Shown in pieces: positions 12,038 to 22,723 of a DNA stretch of 38,829 nucleotides. Position 1 is the first letter of the stretch. Every line of letters starts with the position of its first letter. Source of the DNA: Conidiobolus incongruus B7586 (taxonomy: Eukaryota). A program made the translations under genes and the position numbers. The stretch lies in contig JNEM01010205.1 in the NCBI GenBank assembly GCA_000697335.1, positions 1-38,829 on the forward strand, given 5' to 3'. Under the pieces are notes generated by a model. The model was not told where the DNA came from. It was given only the letters and a program-made list of their open reading frames with translations, and searched no databases.

Positions 12038-15030
12038 TAATATTAATAATTGATTAGTTATACCAATTTGTTCAAAAATATTACATCATCGAAAGCAAAA
12101 TCATATTCACTCTCTTCAATTACTCAATAAAAGCATGCTGTTTTTGAAATTTAATAAAAATACTGCCATTATAATTATCGATTGAGAAATATATTACTAT
12201 CATTCAAGCCATTAAAAGATGCTTTTGACATTAATTAACTTCACAGTATAAACATTTGTTCTTTTGTTCTAATGTATTTTATCATCGAATACTAAAAGAA
12301 TTTAATTTTAATTGAAACTATACCAAATAATAATGCATATAAAGAATAATTTGAAAATATATTCAACTGAAGTATAGAACACTAGCAACTTTAATATTGC
12401 AATATTATATTCGAATATTAACCTAGTCAGATTCAAGAGTTGTGATATATTTTTAGTAATTATTTCATAGATTTTTGTTAAAAAAATTATTCAATTTCAT
12501 TGCTTTGAAATGTTATATGAGTAGTTTAATAACTATATTAAATATAAAAATTTTATGTTTTCGTTGATTAAAAAGAAAAAAAATAATATACAATATTATT
12601 TTTCAACTTTGTATTATACTTTTAGTGAACTTTGTACTAATTAAAGGTTTTGTAAGTTGAGTATATAGTTTTTTTTTCTTATTTACTAATTTTTGTTCTC
12701 AGTTTTTAATATTGCATCTCAAATTTAGAATTTAACCACTCAAAGATTAATTTTCAGGCCATCCAATGAAAGCAATTTGTTGAACATTATTTTGTTAATG
12801 AAGTATAATATCGACCTTAATACCATATTTATTTGATTTAATATTGAGAAAATTATTAAATTATATAAATTTGATAAGATATCTATAAAGCCAAAACATC
12901 TAGTATAAATAATAAGATACTGTATAATGATAAGTTGGAATATTGATTTTATAATATTATTAACTTTTATCTATAAATCAAATGTAGCTTATGAAAACCT
13001 ATTCAAAATATATTAATTGTAAAAAAAAATATACAATTAATAAAAAAACTGCTAGTAGATTTCAATAAATCATAGAAATTACTCATTTATTTGAAAATTA
13101 TTCTTTCTAATATAGTAAACATTTCAATAAAAATAAAATATTTCTAAAACAATACATAAACATTTTTCTTTTTTGTAAATAATCATCAGAATTAGATATT
13201 TTTAAAGTTTTGAAACAGAAGTTGATTAAAACACCTAAATTTAATAAATATAAGAAAAAATATATGTAGAATAATTTTATAATAATGTTTGATAATATAC
13301 AATCAAAATTTATTAAATTTATTAGTTTATAATACAATTATATCAATTAGAGTGAATATAGTCTATTATATTCTAAGTCAGCTATATACACAATAGTTTT
13401 CTAACAAAATATAATCATCAAATATTATTTAAATGAAAATAAAAATCAAATGCTGAAATCAAGATTAATTCTATAATACCCAACATCGAAACTACTACAT
13501 AGAGTCGAGTTTTATCAAGTAAAAAGCTTCTACAATGTTATAGTTAATTTCAAAGAATATACATTTTTAATATGATATTAATTCAAATATTATATTATAA
13601 AGATAAATTGTTATCACTCAGTTTTTGTACATTGGCTTTCTAACCATGATATTCGTCAATACATTTTATAATAATAATCTTTGATTCAACTTGATTTTAT
13701 TCAAATTTATTAAATTGTACTTGTTAGTCGACGAATATATAACAATCAATTTGAAACAAAAATGATAAACGATTTGAAGTCAAATTAATTTATGAGGTTG
13801 ATCTTTTAAATTATAATATCATAAGGTTTATAATATATATAAGTTAGTTATGTAGATTATTCATTTTTTGTATATTCCTCGACAAACAAAATGTTACAAA
13901 TTTCTAATTATTTAGTAAGTTTACTGTATTCTTATCTAAACAGTTCTTATATACTATTTTATCTTATAATCTAAAATTCTAGACTTTTGAACTCCATTAA
14001 CATTAACATAACTTGTACTACCTAACATTATAAACTTGTAAACTGACTGGTTAATTAAGATTGAAGGCTTAATATGAGAAAATGACAAAGGTATTATTTC
14101 AAATTAGTTGTCTTTATCTTTGAATTAAAAATAAAATATATTATGTAGATTCAAAATATATTAAATTATATTTTATTCCAAAATATAGTTTTCAAATAGG
14201 TATTAAATTAGATAAATTCTTAGTTCAAGTATATAAAATATAACTTTTTAAAATTTGATATTATATTGCAATATTTTATCAAATAATTTATTGAATAATT
14301 CCAATAGGGTTTATATTTGAAATGGAGAGAAAATTATATAATATATATTTATACTGAATAAAAAGGTTCTAATAAATACTGTTATTTATATCAAAATCTA
14401 GCCTTAAATATAACGGTCAAATAATAACTAATTTTCATGAACTACATATAATTACTCAACTATAGACCCGATTATTCATTTAACCCTTTTTACACAAAAT
14501 TTTAAAGTTATAATCTTATTGAGTCCAAAGCAATTAAAATGAAGATAAATTCAAAATTCACTTTGAGCTTATGATGATTCCTAATATCGCTGGTATATCA
14601 TTGAACTCAAAATTTTATAAATATAATCTGCATATAAAATATAATTGTTGATTTTTCGGTTAATTTGTTATAAATATTTTTTTATTTGCATTATTATGAT
14701 CTCAATAGATCATTAAATCATTTTGAATTAATATGAAATAATGATTTGGATCCACCATCATTACCTTTTTTGTATTGTTACTCAGCCAATCAATAAACAA
14801 ATAGAAAAATGAAAACTTTGTCAGTTTGACTTTGGACAATTGAGAATTAAGTGAGATTCCGATGCGTGTTACCAAATTCATCTCAAACGATAAAATTGGG
14901 AAAACATTATTCAATGCAATGTTGAACCTTTGCTTATGCATGAAATGCTAGCTAAGTAAAAAGTATAATTTACATCCTTGTTTAATGAATTATTCTTATT
15001 TTTTATTCTTTTTCAATACTTTCAATCATT

Positions 15031-17619
15031 ATGAATAAAAATAATATCGATGATATAGCACAAGTAATTTGTAATTCTCTAGACAGTCCTATACTAGTTT
15101 GTCAGCCCAATTTAATACTTAACTGTAACGAAGCATTTTCAAAAGCACTTGGTTACGAATCAATTGAAAAAATAAAGAGCTTAGATATAAACTACCTGTT
15201 TAACAAACATTTTGTCTGTGGTGGTCAAAATCAGTCCCCTTCAAAGAAGCATACAATTGACAAACTTCTATGGGTAAAATATCAGTCCAATCTTGGAGAT
15301 AGAATTGCTTCAGTTCGTGTCAAAAAAGCCACTTCGTTTGGTTTAACTTATTACACGATAAACTTCCACGACGAGTTGTTAATTGAAAATAAGCAAGAAT
15401 TCAAAACATCACCAGTTCTGCAGCCAAAACAATTTTCTAACCAATCAACATTCAGCTCGGAAAATGTATTTGACCCTACTAAATACGATCTCACTCAATT
15501 AAGTCGAGAAGAGATATTTGAAAGATTTTATAGAATGATTTACTCTATTCCCTGCAGTCTATTTATTGTCAATGCCGACGGTACTCATTGGTAATTTATT
15601 ATACCTGATCAAATTAATACAATAGTTTAATATTAAATTATTAGCTATGTTAATGAATATCACCAAATGATATTTGGTTCAGATACTTATGAAAGTTGGG
15701 CTGTATGTATATAGTTTTAGTTATATTTTGTTTTTGAAATATTAATTTATTGAGCAGGAATGTATACATCCTCAAGATGTTGATTTACATTTACGAAGAT
15801 GGAAGCATAGTTTAAAGGTAATTTTCATTCTATGAATATGATAATAATTATCTTTCTTATTATCATAATCAATAATTTAACGCAATTATAAACAATATTA
15901 ATTTACATATTATAATTAGACTGGAGAGCCTCTTACCAATTCCAGAGTTAGAATAAGAAAACACCCTAGTATCATTCAAGAAAATCAACCTAATACTTAT
16001 TCTCATTATGTTATCAACATCCATCCATTCTGGGATAAATCTGGTAAAACAATCGTCAATTGGCTCGGTGTGTGTACAGGTATTTTAAAATTTGATACTA
16101 AAAATTATTACATTAAATTAATTCATTTACGACATAGATATTCAAGAATTAAAAGATGCTCAAGAATCATCAGAGCTTAAATCGAAATTTCTGTCCATGA
16201 TGTCGCACGAATTTAGAACACCAGTAATTCAAACAACCAATATAGAATTTGTATAAATATATAAATCTATTAACATTATTTAATAGTTATTCGGAATTAT
16301 TGGAAGTACATCTTTATTAATGGATTCTTCACTCGATTCTGAACAATTGGAAAATGTCAAAAATATTAACAGATCCGCAGAATTACTGGTAATATAATGC
16401 CTAAGTATTTAATCAGTAACATGTGACTAATAATAATCATTAGTTGGTTGTAATACAAGATATATTAGATTTTTCTAAAATAGAGTCTGAAACGCTGTCA
16501 CTTAATCCAGAGCAATTTAATATCAATAACTTAATTAAGGATACTTACCACATGTTCCAAAGTCTTGCAAAATCTAAGAATATCGAGTTCAATGTCATTT
16601 ATCCAGAAAAACCCTACGAGCTAATAGGAGATAGTGCCAGATTACTACAAATTTTAGTTAATTTAACTTCAAACTCTTTAAAGTTCACTAGTGTTGGCCA
16701 TGTCAATATTAGTTGCAACCTGACAACGAATTATCATTTTGCGAAAGTATGTTTTTGCATTGAGGATACTGGAATAGGAATTCCACCAGAATCCATACCT
16801 GAGTTATTTAGACCATGGTCACAGGCATCTAATGCGAAAACTGAGTATATTGGAAGCGGTCTCGGTCTCTGTATATGTAGATCTCTTATTGACCTTATGC
16901 AAGGTAACATCAATATCGAGTCTGAGGTTGGGAAAGGAACCAAAATTTGGTTCACCGTAGATCTTCCTCTAGCATATCCCGATGAATCCGAACAAAGAGG
17001 ATTTGCAAATTTTCCTGATGCTGTCTTTGATTCCACCTTACCAGGCACTGAAAGTCCAGCACAGAAACTCAGCAAAGTAAATCCGCTATATCGATCCAAT
17101 AATTTGTCAGATAAATTCCAGTGCCAGAAAGTCAGAGAATTTGAAACTAACTTAATTAGGAAAAAACCTATTTCATCTAAAATGACTAATGGTCTTGGCC
17201 ACAATCAAAGCATTGAATCACCTATTTCAGACTCGTCACATACCCACTTTATCCTGATTGCTGAGGATAACCCGGTCAACCAGATTATTATTAAAAAATA
17301 CATTTCAAAAATATCATCAGTGGGATTTGTTCTAGTGAGCGACGGTAAACTAGCGTGGGAAGAATATCAAAAACACCCACAAGGCTACTTTAATTTGATA
17401 CTATTAGATCATCTGATGCCCGAAATGGGAGGAGATCAGGTATGTAAACTTATTAAAGAAAAAGATCCTGATCAAGTCGTCATATCGGTTTCAGCGAACG
17501 CGCTTCCCACGGATATTGAATACTTTAAGCAAATTGGTATGGATGATTTTCTCGAGAAGCCTTTCACATTCCCTAAATTCAAGACGCTACTTCAAAAATG
17601 GCTGCAAGAGCTTGAATAA
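15031..17619 (+). CDS. Hybrid sensor histidine kinase (PAS/PAC-HisKA-HATPase-receiver); 7 exons
   Basis: Exons 15031-15590, 15645-15702, 15758-15817, 15920-16079, 16138-16223, 16287-16388 and 16444-17619. PAS-like IHPQD...WLGVCTDI, H-box KSKFLSMMSHEFRTPLFGIIG, N-box QILVNLTSNSLKFT, G1 EDTGIGI, G2 GSGLGL, receiver AEDNPVNQ / LLDHLMPEMGG / EKPF. Confidence 0.93.
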
Positions 17620-17687
17620 TCAATTGAAGCATGATTCATTTTAAACAGTTTTAGATTTTAAGTTGTATTAAATTAAATAAATATTTA

Positions 17688-17708
17688 TTATATATATATA
17701 TATATATA
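17688..17708. repeat. (TA)n microsatellite
   Basis: Run of about 10 TA units; boundaries approximate. Confidence 0.8.
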
Positions 17709-18399
17709 TTTAATTAAAACATATCCATTGATAGTTAAAGTACCTGATTTTTATAACCATTTTTAATATATCAAAAGTCAAGACAATCGATCACTTATAT
17801 TAAAGTTTTTTTTCATTTCTGAACTAATGCTATATACTATTTTCTAATAAATCTATTCAGTTCTTTAATATATTATTTATTCATTTTAGACCATTGATTA
17901 CATATTAATTAAATTTTTATAAAATTTTAAATGACATAACTTATATTCTCCAATTGATCTTTAACTTATTTTTAAAATATTTCAAACATCACTATTTCAT
18001 TTAATCAATATATCATATATTTTATAATCTTTCAAATTGAATAATATTATCTATCATTTAGAAATACAATTTAATTAAATATTTAATATTTGTTATTTCT
18101 CTATATCTATTATAGATATTTGAATAGCAATATAACAAAGTAAGTATTTTTAGACAAACAAAAATTCTTTCTGAATTATACTTTCATTTGAAAATTTTAT
18201 AATCTTTAGTTGACAAAAATGAAAAATAATATTTCATATATAAGATAGAATATTGATCAATCTGATATTTGGTATGGAATTTTGAATAATTATAAAACTA
18301 ATTCAATTAAACAATTTATAATATATTTTAATTTTAAAATTATTCTATAATTATTCAAGAGTATATAATAATAGTGAATTTAATATTTAAATAGATTAA

Positions 18400-18527
18400 T
18401 ATCATACATTAGACGCTTAAATAAAAAAGTTTATTGGAAGGTTAAACTAGCTTGAAGAATGGGTGCATCCTGTCCAATCTGCGGTATTTTACCTCGGCTC
18501 TCGAGATATCTGAATGGAACTGTAACA
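18400..18527 (-). mobile_element. Possible truncated LTR remnant
   Basis: Short GC-elevated island that starts TGTTACAG on the minus strand and contains CCAATAAAC, as does the LTR at 34.7 kb. No matching target-site duplication. Confidence 0.25.
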
Positions 18528-18857
18528 AAATTACAATATAACTTGAAATATATTTTGTCTTAAAAGCAAGATTTTGAAAAAACCCTCTACTTTTGAGGTG
18601 TTGATGTCATATAAAATACTTTATATTATTGAATTAATATTATTCATAAGCTATATTGTCTTATGTAACATTGTAGTAATCATCATAATAAAATTCAACA
18701 CAGTATATAATTCATCTAAAGTTATTTCACAATATGGTTTTTTTTAAATATAGTGATGTGAAACAATATTTATAATAAAGGAATCAGTATTAATTAAAAA
18801 ATTATGAAAGTGAATGTTTTTGGAATGTTTTGAAAAATAATTATACTTATAATCAAT

Positions 18858-18858
<1 letters not shown>

Positions 18859-18888
<30 letters not shown>
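18859..18888. repeat. (AT)n microsatellite
   Basis: Run of about 15 AT units; boundaries approximate. Confidence 0.85.
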
Positions 18889-18892
<4 letters not shown>

Positions 18893-19315
18893 ATTATCTA
18901 TGATACCAATGAAATAAATATATAAATATTTCAAACCAAAGAATGATAATTTTAATTATTATCAAATTATGATATCGTCAAATTGAATTAACAGCATTAT
19001 ATAATGTCATAAACAGTAATTAACAATACAAAAGCTCTTAAATTATACACAATTAACTAATACATAATCATATATTATAGATGTTCATTGGTTTAGAATT
19101 ATCCAATTATTCAAATAGTTGCAAAAATATCAGGTGGAAAATAAAGTTGTACAAAAATCCAACAAAACAAATTTGAAAAATATTCCCATAATTTGATGAA
19201 AGAAATTGAGTTGATAAAATTATTATAATGAGTTTAAATTTTCCACCCTCTATTAGCGGTTGATAATTTCAATCTTAAGGATCTCTTACCTTATTTTTCG
19301 CTACTAATTGATAAA

Positions 19316-20661
19316 ATGTCTCAAGCGTAAGTTTTTATTCTCATTTTTAAAGTTATATAAATTGTATGGTCAAAATATTATTATCTATGACCAGAGCCTG
19401 ATTGGCACTCAGCTGAGTTAATTATTAAAATCACTTTGATCGAAAGATCAAAAGAATTTGCTATTGTTGCATATTTGATTTTTATTTAGGAGAGAAGGGA
19501 TGCTTCCACCCAAAGTATAGTTGTCAAACTAATACTTTTACTTACTGCCTTTTTCATCGTTTGAACTTTTATGAGTTCAAGTTATGAAAAAGGGAATTGC
19601 GGATTGAGATCACTTGTTATATTATCAAGCCTCTTCCGTTAAATCTTAATAGCTGAGTGTCTATTGAAGTCCTGAAAGATCGATCGATTTGATCGGTTGG
19701 ATAATTTATTATCTCAGTTAGACATCAGATTATGAACAATTATTAATCTCTCCATTTTCTCTCCATAGTGGTAAAGTTCTCCAACCTGAAACCCAGGTCA
19801 AAAAGAATGTCCGCGATCAAAAGACCGCTGAACAATTAAAGGAAGAATCCATTGCTGCCAAGAAGGTAATGATTATTCCATGGCCACCCCATTTTATAAT
19901 GATGGACAACATATCTTTTGGAACTAGTCTTTACGACGATGCTGTTTCAAGTTAACCATCTTTCGGGGCTGATGCTATTTATCAAAATATTTATAAGCTT
20001 TCATCCAGCATATACTTATCCATATATTTAATAGGCCCGTGCCGTCCGTCGCCAAACTATTTACCAACGTGCTGCTAAGTATGCTCGTGAATACAAGACT
20101 TTGGAACGCAAGGAAATTGCTCTCCGTCGTGAAGCTAAGGCCTCTGGCAACTTCTACGTTCCCGCTCAACCTAAGTTGGCTTTCGTTGTCCGTATCAAGG
20201 GTATCAACAAGATCGCTCCCAAGCCCCGTAAGATCTTGCAATTGCTTCGTCTTCTTCAAATCAACAACGGTGTCTTTGTTCGTTTGACCAAGGCTACTAA
20301 GCAAATGTTGACTTTGATCGAACCCTACGTCGCCTACGGTACTCCCAACTTGAAGACTGTCCGCGAATTGATCTACAAGCGTGGTTATGGTAAGATCAAC
20401 CGCCAACGTATCCCTCTCAACGACAACGCTCTCGTTGAACAAAATCTTGGCAAATACGGTTTGTTGTCTTTGGAAGACATTATTCACGAAATCTACACTG
20501 TTGGTCCCAACTTCAAGCAAGTCAACAACTTCCTCTGGCCCTTCAAACTCAACTCTCCCACCGGTGGCTGGAGAGGTAAGAAGGTCAAGCACTTCATCGA
20601 AGGTGGTTCTTCTGGTGACCGTGAAGGTTACATCAACGCTTTGGTCCGCCAAATGAACTAA
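19316..20661 (+). CDS. RPL7: 60S ribosomal protein L7 (uL30); 3 exons
   Basis: Exons 19316-19326, 19769-19865 and 20035-20661 give [16 protein letters not shown]...[24 protein letters not shown]...[33 protein letters not shown]...NNFLWPFKL...[15 protein letters not shown]. Codon usage is strongly biased, as expected for a highly expressed gene. Confidence 0.96.
19398..19728 (+). ncRNA. Candidate structured RNA element in RPL7 intron 1
   Basis: Nested complementary segments forming a multibranch fold, including 19404-19414/19651-19661, a GAAA-tetraloop hairpin at 19435-19452, and 19548-19557/19584-19593. Confidence 0.6.
19895..19976 (+). ncRNA. Box C/D snoRNA, snR39B/SNORD2-like, in RPL7 intron 2
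   Basis: Box C variant ATGATGG (19899-19905) and box D CTGA (19969-19972). The guide ACCATCTTTCGGG is complementary to the conserved LSU rRNA sequence CCCGAAAGATGGT. The D+5 rule points to the G of CCCG (yeast 25S G805 equivalent). Confidence 0.85.
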
Positions 20662-20863
20662 GTTTGTTTCATTTTTCAATAAATTACAAACGACCATGTA
20701 CTTTATACTGATTATGTTATTTACCTTTAATTATCATCATATAACAAATATTATATGATCTGTATTCATTACTATTTACATAATCTCATATCTATACTCT
20801 CTTATATTTAATTTTATTCTTATATTATGAATCATTATTAAATAATTTTTTGTCTCTTTCGTT

Positions 20864-20877
20864 ATCCCACAATTCTG
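20864..20877 (+). promoter_or_regulatory. Candidate ribosomal-protein promoter element ATCCCACAATTCTG upstream of RPS23 copy 2
   Basis: Identical to the reverse complement of 465-478. Confidence 0.5.
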
Positions 20878-20947
20878 CGTATTTTTGAATGTTATTGGAT
20901 TATTTCCGATAGGCAAAATTTCAGCTTGTATTGTTAATCAATCCAAT

Positions 20948-21008
20948 GTAAATAAATCATTATAATAATCAATGCACACAGTTTAACTAACATTTCAATC
21001 ATTCATAG
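20948..21008 (+). other. Probable 5'UTR intron of RPS23 copy 2
   Basis: GTAAAT donor, ACTAAC branch site (20986-20991) and CATAG acceptor 22 nt before the ATG. Its 61-nt length matches local intron sizes. Confidence 0.5.
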
Positions 21009-21030
21009 AACTCTACTAAATTAACCAAAT

Positions 21031-21468
21031 ATGGGTAAAGGAAAGCAAAGAGGAATTCAAGCCGCTCGTAAATTGCGCACTCACCGTCGTGATCAACGCT
21101 GGGCCGATAAGGCTTATAAGAAGCGTGCCTTAGGTACCGCTTTCAAATCCTCCCCCTTCGGTGGTTCTTCTCACGCTAAGGGAATTGTTTTGGAAAAGAT
21201 CGGTGTTGAATCCAAGCAACCTAACTCCGCTATTCGTAAGTGTGTTCGTGTTCAATTGATCAAGAATGGTAAAAAGATCACTGCTTTCGTCCCCAACGAT
21301 GGTTGTTTGAACTATGTCGATGAAAACGACGAAGTTTTGATTTCTGGTTTCGGTCGTCGCGGTAAGGCCGTTGGTGATATTCCTGGTGTTCGTTTCAAGG
21401 TTGTTAAAGTTTCTGGTGTCTCCCTCTTGGCTTTGTACAAGGAAAAGAAGGAAAAGCCCCGTTCTTAA
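21031..21468 (+). CDS. RPS23: 40S ribosomal protein S23 (uS12), copy 2
   Basis: Complete 145-aa ORF with KQPNSA and [13 protein letters not shown] motifs and the C-terminal KKEKPRS. Confidence 0.98.
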   Translation: MGKGKQRGIQAARKLRTHRRDQRWADKAYKKRALGTAFKSSPFGGSSHAKGIVLEKIGVESKQPNSAIRKCVRVQLIKNGKKITAFVPNDGCLNYVDENDEVLISGFGRRGKAVGDIPGVRFKVVKVSGVSLLALYKEKKEKPRS

Positions 21469-21844
21469 TTACTTTTTTACTTATTTGTATAAAACTAATA
21501 CACCAGATAAATCACATAATTCATTTTAATTTATTCCCAACTCAATTCACCCATTTCTTTTGTTATTTAATATACTATTAATATTATCATAATTTTATGT
21601 GATTTATTGTTTTAATTTTTGAATTTACATAAATATCCTAATATTCCCTTGAATTTTTAAACTAATGATATTTAATTATTTTGAAATATTTCCTATTATC
21701 ATTAATAATAATATAATTACTTATAAAAATTGATTATTCGTATATTTATTTATATTTAAAAATGTAATATATTTACAAAAATTGAACCTTTAAACTAGCA
21801 AATTATTCACATCTGTCGAATCATAATAATAGTTCAAATATTAA

Positions 21845-22723
21845 TTAATTAACCACAGATTCAGATGACATTGTTGGTACTTGATAACATAGCAAAATTT
21901 TGCCATCAAACTCTTTAACTGCATGTTTTAAGGAGTTTAATAACTATGAAGAAAAATTAATAAAAATATGAAAAGAATATAATAAAATTACCTCATCTGA
22001 GTTTTTAAATTGATAAGGTTTAGATAATTTAGAATCTAAATTATAAAAATCGTCCTCAATTTTCCGTATTCCATACCAGTGACGACTCTTTATATCAACT
22101 AGACGGGAAAGTGGTTTAATCCAGCTTGGCGGCAATATTTTGTACCAGAATTTTGGGACTTCGATAGGAGGTTCGTAATTTATTATGATTCCAAATAGTT
22201 TATTCAAGTCAATATCTTTAACATCTTTAATAAAATTTATATCAGCTATATACGTTATGAATAATATCTACATATGTGGGTACCTTTTCGAATATCAAAC
22301 CATTCGACTTGAATACCTGCATTTTGAAGTGCTATAATTAAAACGTTGACATCATAATCGCCCCAACTATTATAATTTCAATTTTATTAATATGAATTTA
22401 AATAAAATAATAAAATTAAATCATTACCATATATTCCTGTAATAATTAAGCCATTTCCCTTGAAATTGATTTAATTCAAACCCTATTCTATTTAATTCGT
22501 TGGGAGTATAGTAAGGTTTTTGAAGCTAATTGAAATAATTAGTATAATTCATTATTTAAATTTATTTTTATTTACCAAATTGTTTAAAGTATGCTAAAAT
22601 GAACAAAATCAAATTTAATTATTTTATTACTAATATCATTTTTATTTAACTTACCAATCCACATAATTTTCTTCTCTGTTTTTCGTGATATATATTATTA
22701 TTTTCATGTAATACCTCTTTCAT
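21845..22723 (-). CDS. Josephin-domain (JOSD1/2-like) deubiquitinase; 6 exons, 206 aa
   Basis: Exons 22723-22655, 22593-22576, 22525-22428, 22366-22284, 22245-21992 and 21943-21845 join in frame. Motifs IYHEKQRRKLCGLHTLNNL, GDYDVNVLIIAL, WFDIRK, RHWYGIRKI and YNLDSKL supply the Cys/His/Asp triad. Confidence 0.92.

Noticed and set aside
13107..14941. Small AT-rich ORFs at 13107-13337 and 14702-14941
   Set aside because: Composition matches intergenic DNA and there are no motifs; likely chance ORFs.
19327..19768. RNase P/MRP, TPP riboswitch, hammerhead, U3 or telomerase identity for the intron 1 structure
   Set aside because: The conserved boxes are not present in the required order. GAAGTCC lies too near the 3' end, and there is no CTGANGA core or telomere template.
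19975..20697. 240-aa ORF antisense to RPL7, plus alternate-frame ORFs
   Set aside because: A by-product of strong codon bias in a highly expressed gene; no recognisable motif.
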